The position numbers and the translations under genes were made by a program. Below, in pieces: positions 55,529-64,000 of a DNA stretch of 64,000 nucleotides (position 1 is the first letter of the stretch; each line of letters starts with the position of its first letter). The DNA lies in contig CAVXKA010000001.1 of NCBI GenBank assembly GCA_963762255.1, positions 160,001 through 224,000 of the forward strand. The letters are read 5' to 3'. Source of the DNA: Candidatus Eiseniibacteriota bacterium (lineage in GTDB: Bacteria; Eisenbacteria; RBG-16-71-46; JABDJR01). The notes under the pieces were generated by a model that saw nothing but the letters and a program-made list of their open reading frames with translations, had not been told where the DNA came from and ran no database searches.

Positions 55529-58500
55529 ATGCGCGCCCTCATCCGCTACGCCGTCGAGCACCGCGTGACCATGCTCATGCTCACGGCGGCCGCAGTCGTG
55601 TTCGGCGTGGTCTCGCTGGGGCGGCTGCCGCTGCAGCTTCTGCCCGATCTCAGCTACCCGACGCTCACCCTGCAAACCGAATACGCGGACTCGGCGCCCA
55701 ACGAGGTGGAGAGCCTCATCACGAGACCGTTGGAAGAGGCGGTGGGAGTCGTGCCGGGGCTGCGGCGCCTGAGTTCGACGAGCGAGGCGGGCGTGAGCAC
55801 TATCCGCCTTGAGTTCGGCTGGGACACCGACATGGACTTCGCCGCCCTCGACGTGAGGGAGAAGGTCGATCTGATCACGCTCCCCGACGACGCGAAGGCC
55901 CCCGTGCTTCTTCGCTACGACCCCGCCCAGGATCCGGTCATCCGGCTCGGCGTGTCGGGCGGCGCCAATGCCGTGCAGCTCCGTTACCTCGCCGATCAGG
56001 TGGTCAAGAAGGAGCTCGAGGCGATGCAAGGCATTGCCGCCGCCAAGGTCGTGGGCGGGCTCACGGAAGAAGTGCACGTCGACATCGACGAGCAGCGGCT
56101 GGCCGCCCTCGGGGTTCCCATCACCGGCATCACCCAGGTGGTGGGTGAAGAGAACGTGAACGCGGCGGGCGGGCGCCTGCGCGACCGCGACGCCGAGTAC
56201 CTCGTGCGTACGCTGAACCAGTTCGAGGGTCCGGTCGATGTCGGCGAGACCATCGTCCAGCGGGACGGCGACCGCGTCGTCAAGCTCGCCGACGTCGCTT
56301 CGGTGACGCGCGCGCACAAGGAGCGCGAGATCGTCAGCCGCATCGACGGCGAGCAGGCGGTGGAGGTGGGCGTCTACAAGGAGGGGGACGCCAACATCGT
56401 CGACGTGGCGCGCCGCGTGCGGGCCCGGGTACCGGCCTTGCAGAAGATGCTCCCGGAGGGAGTGAAGCTCCAGGTGCTCTCGGACCAGTCCACGTTCATC
56501 CAGAGCGCCGTCAATCAGGTGCGCTCGAACGCGCTCATGGGCGGGCTCCTGGCCGTGCTCGTTCTCTTCGTATTCCTGCGCGACGTGCGCGCCACCGCGA
56601 TCATCGCGCTCGCCATCCCCGCCTCCATCGTCACCACCTTCGTGCTCATGTTCCGCCAGGGGATCACGCTGAACGTGATGAGCCTCGGCGGGCTCGCGCT
56701 CGGCGTGGGGATGCTGGTCGACAACTCGATCGTTGTCCTCGAGAGCATCGTGCGACACCGTCGGGGTTCCGGCCTCTCGCTGGCCGACGCGGTGGTGAAC
56801 GGCACCGAGGAGGTCGGGACCGCGATCACCGCCTCGACATTGACCACGATCGCGGTGTTTCTTCCCATCCTGTTCGTGGAGGGGGTGGCACGGCAGATCT
56901 TCAGGGACCAGGCGCTCACCGTGACCTACTCGCTCATGGTGAGCCTCGTCGTGGCCCTCACGCTCACGCCGATGCTGGCGGCGCTGGGGTCGCGACAGCG
57001 CAAAGCGGACGTGCCGGCGAGGGATAGCGCGCGCGGCTTCGAGGATGAGGGGCGGATCATGGAGTCGGTGCGCCGCCGCTACGCGCGCTTGCTCTCCGGG
57101 GCGCTCGGCCATCGCGCGTGGGTGATGGGCGCGTTTCTCGCGCTCTTTGTCGGGTCGTTTATCGGCGCCCGGTTCATCGGCACCGATCTCATTCCGTCCT
57201 TCGCCCAGGGGGAGCTGCGCTTCGATCTCGAACTGCCCGAGGGAACGCCGATCGAGCACACCGATCGCGTCATCCACGATCTCGAGCGCGAACTCCTCGA
57301 CCTGCCGGGTGTGAGCGCGGTCTTCAGCAACGTCGGCGTCGCCGCGGAGGGCGGCGGCAATGTGCGCAGCAAGAAGGAGAACCACGCCGAGCTGAACGTG
57401 CGGTTGGCAGCGGGGTCGGGGCGCGCAGAGGAGGCGGAGGTCCTGGAGGGCATCCGCCGAAGCCTCGCCGAGGTCCCGCGCCTGACCGGCACGCTTCAGA
57501 ACCAGCTCGCCTTTACGTTCAAGACGCCGGTCGAGGTGGAGATCTACGGCTACGATCTACGGGAGCTGAGCGACGTTTCCGACCACGTGGTGGAGACCCT
57601 GCGCGGCGTGTCCGGCCTCGAGGACGTCACCGCGAGCCTGGAGCCGGGAAGCCCGGAGGTGGAGATTCGCTTCGACCGCGACAAGCTCAAGCTCGCCGGG
57701 TTGGGACTTCGCGAGGCCAGCGAATCGCTCCGCACCAAGATCCTGGGAAAGGTGGCGACCGACTACAAGGACCGCGACCGGCAGATCGACGTACTGGTGC
57801 GCAGCGCCGACGCGCAGGAACTCTCCTTTGCCGACCTCAACACCATGGTCGTCGGCTATCGGGCGGCGATGCCGATCCAGCTTGCCTCGGTGGCCGACGT
57901 GGCGGTGGCGCGCGGCCCGGCCCGCATCCAGCGCATCGCCCAGTCACGCGCGGCGGTGGTGAGCGCGAATCTCGTGGGCCGCGATCTCGGCAGCGCATCG
58001 CGCGACATCGAGGCCGCCCTCGCCCACGTGTCACTGCCGCCCGATGTAACCCTTCAGATCGCGGGACAGAACGAGGAGATGCGTTCGAGCATGCGGAGCC
58101 TCGTCTTCGCCGCCGTGCTGGCGATCTTCCTGGTCTATCTCGTCATGGCGAGCCAGTTCGAGTCGATCAAGAACCCCTTCCTCATCCTCTTCACCATGCC
58201 GATGGGATTGATCGGCGTGGTGGCCGCGCTCGTCCTGACCCGCACCCCCGTGAGCGTGGTCGTGATGATCGGGGCGATCATGCTGGCCGGGATCGTGGTC
58301 AACAACGGCATCGTGCTCATCGACCTGGTCGGCCGGCTTCGCCGCCAGGGGGCGACGGTGCACGAGTCGATTGTGGAAGCGGCGCAGGTCCGGCTTCGTC
58401 CCATCCTCATGACGACCACGACCACGGTGCTGGGTCTCCTCCCGCTTGCGATGGGTCGCGGCGAGGGCGCGGAGATCATGACCCCGCTCGCGATCACCGT

Positions 58501-58600
58501 CATCGGCGGCCTCACCGTCTCGACGGTGCTGACCCTGATCGTGCTGCCCGTGCTCTACAGCCTCGTCAACCGCGATCCTCGCCCGGCGCGAGCGGTATAG
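55529..58600 (+). CDS. RND efflux permease (AcrB/AcrD/AcrF family) 1
   Basis: ITRPLEEAV, GMLVDNSIVVLE, GIVVNNGI, RLRPILMT. Confidence 0.95.
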   Translation: MRALIRYAVEHRVTMLMLTAAAVVFGVVSLGRLPLQLLPDLSYPTLTLQTEYADSAPNEVESLITRPLEEAVGVVPGLRRLSSTSEAGVSTIRLEFGWDTDMDFAALDVREKVDLITLPDDAKAPVLLRYDPAQDPVIRLGVSGGANAVQLRYLADQVVKKELEAMQGIAAAKVVGGLTEEVHVDIDEQRLAALGVPITGITQVVGEENVNAAGGRLRDRDAEYLVRTLNQFEGPVDVGETIVQRDGDRVVKLADVASVTRAHKEREIVSRIDGEQAVEVGVYKEGDANIVDVARRVRARVPALQKMLPEGVKLQVLSDQSTFIQSAVNQVRSNALMGGLLAVLVLFVFLRDVRATAIIALAIPASIVTTFVLMFRQGITLNVMSLGGLALGVGMLVDNSIVVLESIVRHRRGSGLSLADAVVNGTEEVGTAITASTLTTIAVFLPILFVEGVARQIFRDQALTVTYSLMVSLVVALTLTPMLAALGSRQRKADVPARDSARGFEDEGRIMESVRRRYARLLSGALGHRAWVMGAFLALFVGSFIGARFIGTDLIPSFAQGELRFDLELPEGTPIEHTDRVIHDLERELLDLPGVSAVFSNVGVAAEGGGNVRSKKENHAELNVRLAAGSGRAEEAEVLEGIRRSLAEVPRLTGTLQNQLAFTFKTPVEVEIYGYDLRELSDVSDHVVETLRGVSGLEDVTASLEPGSPEVEIRFDRDKLKLAGLGLREASESLRTKILGKVATDYKDRDRQIDVLVRSADAQELSFADLNTMVVGYRAAMPIQLASVADVAVARGPARIQRIAQSRAAVVSANLVGRDLGSASRDIEAALAHVSLPPDVTLQIAGQNEEMRSSMRSLVFAAVLAIFLVYLVMASQFESIKNPFLILFTMPMGLIGVVAALVLTRTPVSVVVMIGAIMLAGIVVNNGIVLIDLVGRLRRQGATVHESIVEAAQVRLRPILMTTTTTVLGLLPLAMGRGEGAEIMTPLAITVIGGLTVSTVLTLIVLPVLYSLVNRDPRPARAV

Positions 58601-58612
58601 GAACCGGCGGTC

Positions 58613-61600
58613 ATGTGGATCACCCGGCTCGCCGTCCGCCGCCCGGTGTCGGTCATCGTGGTGCTGGTCTCGCTGCTCGTCCTCGGCGCGATCAGCGCAT
58701 TCAAGCTCCCCCTCAACTTCCTTCCCAACGAGGAAATGCCCTTCATCGGGGTGTTCGTCCCCTACCCGAACGGCGTCCCCGGGCAGGTGGAGCGCGAGAT
58801 CGCGCGCCCGATCGAAGAGGTCTTGAGCACGCTCGGCGGGGTCAAGCAGATCTTCAGCCAGAGCGATCCAGCTCAGTGCTTCGTAGGGGTCGAGTTCGAC
58901 TGGGGTCGCGACGTCAACGTGCTGCGGCTGGAGGTGAAGGAGAAGCTCGACCAGATCCGCCCGGAGCTTCCCGCCGACGTTCGCGACATCCTTCTCTTCA
59001 CGTTCAATACCAACGACATTCCGATCGTGGAAGGACGCATCAGCGCCCATGACCGCGATCTCTCCGGGAGCTACGATCTCATCGAGCACCGCGTCATCAA
59101 CCGTCTCCAGCGCGTGCCGGGCGTGGGGCGCGTTCAGGTGGAAGGGGTGGAGCCCGCCAACGTCTCGGTGTACTTGAAGCTCGACAAGATCAAGGAACAT
59201 CGGGTCGACGTGGGGCGCCTTTTCAGCGAGCTCTCCTCCAGCAACTTCAACCTCACCGTAGGCCAGGTCACGCGCGAGGGGCTGCGCTACAACCTGCGCT
59301 CGGTGGGGTCACTGGCGTCCGTGGCGGAGATCGAGAACCTGCCCCTGGACGATCGCGGTCTCCGGCTCAAGGACGTGGCCGACGTCGTGGTCGCGGAGCC
59401 CGAACTCACCTACGGGCGACTCCTCAACCGCGAGCCGGCGGTGGCGTTCTGGGTGCAGAAGGCCAGCGGCGCCAACACCGTCGAGGTCGTGAAATCGATC
59501 AAGACCGAGCTCGCGCGCATCAACAGCGATCCGGCGCTCAAGGGCATCGAAGTCTTGCTGTTCTTCGATCAGGGCGAGCAGATCACCAACAGCCTCAATG
59601 GGCTTCTCTCGTCGGGAGCGATCGGCGCGGGGCTGGCGGTGGCGGTCTTGTACTTCTTCCTCCTGCGCATAGGCACCACCCTCATCGTCTCGCTGGCCAT
59701 CCCGATCTCCATCGTCGGCACCGCCTGCTATCTCTACGTGACCCATCGCAGCCTCAACATCCTCTCCATGATGGGGCTGATGCTCGGGGTCGGGATGCTG
59801 ATCGACAACGCGGTGGTGGTGCTGGAGTCGATCTACCGGCGCTTGGGCTTGGGCGAGGACCCCGAGACGGCAACCCTGAAGGGCACCGAAGAGGTCGGCC
59901 GCGCCGTCGTGTCGGCCACGCTGACTTCCGTGATCGTCTTCGCGCCGATTCTCTTCGGCGGGAAGAGCGAGATCACGACCTGGCTCAAGGAGGTCGGGAT
60001 CACGATCACGGTGACGTTGCTGCTTTCGCTCCTGGTGAGCCTCACCCTGATCCCGCTGCTGACGTTCTCGCATCCTCAAGGGCGGTCGGAGGTCGGTCGC
60101 CCTCAACCCTCTGGTGGAACGCTGGGGGAATTCCTACGAACGGGTACTGCGCTGGACAGCCGTCCGCCACCCATGGATCACCGGCGTACCCATCGCGCTC
60201 GGCGTGGTGCTCCTCACCGTGGGCCTGGCGGCGGTGACCAAGTTCAAGCCGGACATCCTCGGCGACGAAGGGGTTCGCCAGGACTATCTGCAGGTCACCT
60301 ACGACTTCCAGGACAACGTCGACTATCGGCGCGCGCACGAGTACGTGAACGACCTCGAAGCCGCGATCTGGGCGAGGCGCGACTCGCTCGACATCAAGCA
60401 CCTGTATTCCTTCTACCAGGACAACTTCGCGATGACCCGCGTGTTCTACCAGGACGCCGCCTTCAAGGGGAGCGACCTGGCGGAGCTTCGCAAGAAGCTG
60501 CGAGACGGGCTTCCCACCCTGGCCGGTGTGGAGTTGCGCTTCGGCGACGACGAGGGGCAGCAGAGCGGAGCCAAGCAGTTCAGCGTGACCTTGTCGGGGG
60601 AGGATAGCGAGGAGCTGGCGGTGATGTCCGCCGAGGTCAAGCGCCGGCTGGTGCTCCTGCCGAGCGTGGCCGACGTGAGCACCGACCTCGAGCGCGGGGC
60701 CGAGGAAATTCAGGTGCGAGTGGATCCGGAGAAGGCGAGGCGGCTCGGTGTGTCGCCCGGCGAGGTGGCCGACATCATGGCGGTGACCTTCCGAGGCGTG
60801 CAGCTACCGAGAGTCCACGCCGACAACCGCGAGATCGATCTCTGGGTGTCGCTGCGACCGGAGGATCGCCAGACGCTCGAGAGCCTCAAGTCCCTCACCG
60901 TGGGGCTGCACAACGGCCGCGAGATCACGCTCGACCAGGTCGCCGAGACCGTGATGGGGAGGGGCGCCAACCGCATCACCCGCCAGGACCAGAAGACGGC
61001 GGTGACGGTGCGCGGGAGCCTCGAAGGAGAGGACTCCGACCAGGCGCTCAAGGACGTGCGCGGGGTGATGGAGTCCGTGCAATTCCCGCCTGGGTACGGG
61101 TGGAATTTCGGCACGGAGATCCAGCAGGCGCAGGAGCAGCAGACCGAGATGCTGGTGAACGTGCTCCTCGCGCTCTTGTGCGTGTACATGGTGATGGCGA
61201 GCCTCTTCGAGTCGCTCATTCACCCGGCGGTGGTGATGTTCTGCATCCCGTTCGCCGGGCTCGGCGTGATCTGGCTCATGGTCGCCACCGGCGCGCCGTT
61301 CAACCTCATGGCCATGATCGGCATGGTCATCCTGGTCGGGGTGGTGGTGAACAACGGCATTGTGCTGGTCGCGCACATCAACCAGCGCCGCAAGGAAGGG
61401 TTGTCGCTGGACGAGGCGATCGTGGCCGGTGGCCGCGAGCGGTTCCGCCCGATCATGATGACGGCGACCACCACGATCCTGGGACTGATCCCGCTCGCGC
61501 TGGGCAACGGCCACGTGGGCGATCTCAAGCTCTATCCGATGGCGCTGGCGCTGATCGGCGGCATGACGAGCTCGACCGCGCTGACGTTGATCTTGCTGCC

Positions 61601-61766
61601 GGTCTACTACCAACTCACCGAGCGCCTGCGAGTGCGGTGGGCATGGGTCTTCGCGTGGTTGGGACGGTCGCTGCGGCGGTTCGGCCGGTGGATGGCGTCG
61701 CGCCTGCCGTTCGGGCGGCGGCGTAGGAGCTCCACCGGACCGACGGTCGCGGAGCCCGCCGCATGA
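58613..61766 (+). pseudogene. RND efflux permease 2, split by one +1 frameshift at about 60065
   Basis: The N half (GMLIDNAVVVLE) continues as ...PLLT|SRILKGG...VERWG into ORF 60114..61766 (GVVVNNGI, RFRPIMMT) if one T of ACGTTCTCG is removed. Confidence 0.85.
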
Positions 61767-61869
61767 CCGTGACGCGGCGTAGCGTGCCGCCCGGGTGAGC
61801 ACCGAGAATCGATCGCGACGATACATATACGTAGATTAAACAGTGACGATGTCTACAAAAACATTCTGA

Positions 61870-61922
61870 GATGATCACCCGGGTGATCATCGGGCGCCAG
61901 TCCTGCGATCGCGATCACAGGA
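61870..61922. repeat. two adjacent 22-bp palindromes
   Basis: GATGATCACCCGGGTGATCATC (perfect, 61870-61891) and TCCTGCGATCGCGATCACAGGA (one mismatched pair, 61901-61922). Confidence 0.7.
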
Positions 61923-62079
61923 TCGGCCGAACCTCCAAGGACGCACCGCCCATTCCTGCATGGTTCATCCGCTCCGGAGGTGCTACCCTCCCTCTCGCTG
62001 GGTTCCTCAGACCTTGCTCCACACACGAGACCATCCCTCGCGTCGCTCGAACGACACCCCTCGAAGAGGAGTCTCCCGC

Positions 62080-64000
62080 ATGGCCTTCCGCAGACCGCTC
62101 GCCTGCCTTGCCATCGCTGTCCTCGTAGCGCTCACCACGTCCACAGACCCGGCAGCAGCCGAAGACCTCACCTACCAGCTCCCGCCCCAGGTGCTCGTCG
62201 ATTTCGTGGACGCGCCCCTCACACCGGGAGTGAGCATCTCTCCCACCAAGGAGTGGATGCTGCTCATGGCCCGCCCGAGCCTGCCGCCGATCAGCGAGCT
62301 GGCCGAGCCGGAACTGCGGCTGGCGGGGCTGCGCTTGAAGCCGCGCACCAACGGTCCCAGCCGTGGCGGCTACGTGACCGGGCTCACGCTCAAGCGGGTG
62401 GACGACCTATCGGAGCGCCCCATCACCGGTCTTCCCGCGGATGCCCGCATCAGCGGCGTGCGATGGTCGCCTGACGGCAGCCGCATCGCCTTCGTGCTCA
62501 CCGGCCAAACAGACATCACGCTCTGGACCGCAGCGGTCGCGGATGGCAAGGCGAAGCAGCTCACCAAGCGCCCGCTCAACACCGCGTTCGGGTTCACCTC
62601 GGCGTGGCTCCCCGACAGCCGCACGCTCGTCTGCCTCGCTGTCCCCGTGAACCGCGGCCCCGAGCCCGCCGCCGACCTCACCCCCAAGGGGCCGGTCGTC
62701 GATGAGAACCTCGGCAAGACGGCTCCCGCGCGCACCTATCAGGATCTTCTCAAGGATCCGCGCGACGAGGCGCTCTTCGAGCACTACGTCGCCGCGCAGC
62801 CGTTGCGTGTCACCGTGGACGGCAAGACCCAGGAGATCGGCGCCCCCGCGCTCATCACCGGCATCGAGCCCTCCCCCGACGGTCGCTTCCTTCTCGTGAC
62901 CAGCGTGCACCGGCCGTTCTCGTACCGCGTACCGTTCTATTACTTCCCGGAGCGCAGCGAGGTATGGGATCTCGACGGCAAACTCGTGAAGCTCGTCGCC
63001 GACACCCCGCTTCAGGAAGGCGTGCCGATCACCTACGACAGCGTCCCGATCGGCCCGCGCAGCATGACGTGGCGCGACGACATGCCCGCCACGTTGATCT
63101 GGGCCGAAGCGCAGGACGGCGGCGATGCCGCGGTGGAAGCCGCGGTGCGCGATCACGTGCTGACCCTGGCCGCGCCGTTCCAGGGCGAACCCCAACTCCT
63201 CTTTCCCCTCGGTTACCGCTACGCCGGCGCGGACTGGACCACGGACGGTCGCGCACTGATCAGCGAGCGCTGGTGGAAGACGCGTCGTCTTCGCACATGG
63301 CTCGTCAACGGCAACGCGCCGGAGGATCCCGCACAACTGACGCCGGTCTGGGACCGCTCCTCCGAGGACCGCTACGCCGATCCCGGCGATCCCATGCTCG
63401 CCCCCGACGCGCGCGGCCGCATGCTGATCGTGGCCACGCCCGACGGGCGCTCGGTCTTCCTCTCCGGGCAAGGCGCATCGGAGGAAGGCAATCGCCCGTT
63501 CCTGGACCGCTTCAGCCTCGACACCCGCGAAGCGCAGCGGCTGTGGCGCTCGGAAGCTCCATACTACGAAAGCGTGATCGGCCTCCTGGACGACAGCGGA
63601 CAACGCGTCCTCACCTCGCGCGAGTCGCGCGAAGCGCCCGCCAACTTCTTCATTCGCGATCTCGCCGACGGCTCGCTCAAGCAGCTCACCGCGTTCCCCC
63701 ATCCCACGCCGCAGCTCCTCGGCATGACCAAGGAACTCATCCACTACACGCGCGCCGACGGGGTCAAGCTCACCGCCAACCTCTACCTGCCCCCGGGCTA
63801 CAAGAAAGAGCAGGGGCCGCTGCCGGTGTTGATGTGGGCCTATCCGCAGGAGTTCAAGAGCGCGGATGCGGCGGGACAGGTGACCGATTCGCCGTATCGC
63901 TTCGACCGCGTGAGCGGGATGTCGTCGTTGGTCTGGCTCACCCGCGGCTACGCGGTGCTCGACGATCCCTCGATGCCGATCGTCGGCGAAGGCGACAAGG
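62080..64000 (+). CDS. S9 family peptidase (glutamyl-endopeptidase-like), partial
   Basis: Not in the ORF track because no stop falls in the window. ATG 62080 with GAGGAG RBS; signal peptide; YQLPP...DAP-TP-VSISP, ELRLAGLR, WSPDG, RTYQDLL, LYLPPGY...LP-LMWAYP-EFKS. Confidence 0.88.
   Translation, partial: MAFRRPLACLAIAVLVALTTSTDPAAAEDLTYQLPPQVLVDFVDAPLTPGVSISPTKEWMLLMARPSLPPISELAEPELRLAGLRLKPRTNGPSRGGYVTGLTLKRVDDLSERPITGLPADARISGVRWSPDGSRIAFVLTGQTDITLWTAAVADGKAKQLTKRPLNTAFGFTSAWLPDSRTLVCLAVPVNRGPEPAADLTPKGPVVDENLGKTAPARTYQDLLKDPRDEALFEHYVAAQPLRVTVDGKTQEIGAPALITGIEPSPDGRFLLVTSVHRPFSYRVPFYYFPERSEVWDLDGKLVKLVADTPLQEGVPITYDSVPIGPRSMTWRDDMPATLIWAEAQDGGDAAVEAAVRDHVLTLAAPFQGEPQLLFPLGYRYAGADWTTDGRALISERWWKTRRLRTWLVNGNAPEDPAQLTPVWDRSSEDRYADPGDPMLAPDARGRMLIVATPDGRSVFLSGQGASEEGNRPFLDRFSLDTREAQRLWRSEAPYYESVIGLLDDSGQRVLTSRESREAPANFFIRDLADGSLKQLTAFPHPTPQLLGMTKELIHYTRADGVKLTANLYLPPGYKKEQGPLPVLMWAYPQEFKSADAAGQVTDSPYRFDRVSGMSSLVWLTRGYAVLDDPSMPIVGEGDK

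Overview
High-GC (roughly 68-70% by eye) bacterial chromosomal window of about 45 genes. I found no rRNA, tRNA, CRISPR array or transposase. Secreted proteins with a FlgD/T9SS-like C-terminal domain and a 'TTWxxI' C-terminal motif suggest an FCB-affiliated lineage such as Ca. Eisenbacteria or Krumholzibacteriota (inference only). Housekeeping and transport genes include argR-argG plus a DUF1611-like P-loop gene, rhomboid, AI-2E, a sigma54 two-component cluster, aqpZ, a YtrA-type GntR/ABC/MATE operon, a hybrid kinase, rluA-like, rhlE, a glycerate kinase/dehydrogenase pair, mscL, trpS, panD, a two-permease RND system and two S9 peptidases. Most notable signals: (1) a four-gene divergent chaperone-usher-like pilus locus (42063-46152); (2) an exported thioredoxin-TPR selenoprotein missed by the ORF track (WUSSC, in-frame TGA at 40963 with a SECIS-like hairpin); (3) a DUF1611/DgcN-like protein translationally coupled to argG, a candidate alternative N-acetylglutamate synthase; (4) a swivel-first LeuD-LeuC-type aconitase fusion coupled to a 2Fe-2S ferredoxin; (5) a self-contained sigma54 circuit with an FG-GAP sensor kinase; (6) candidate cis-regulatory RNAs before panD and rhlE. 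Two genes (the DUF5916 outer-membrane protein and the second RND permease) carry single +1 frameshifts.
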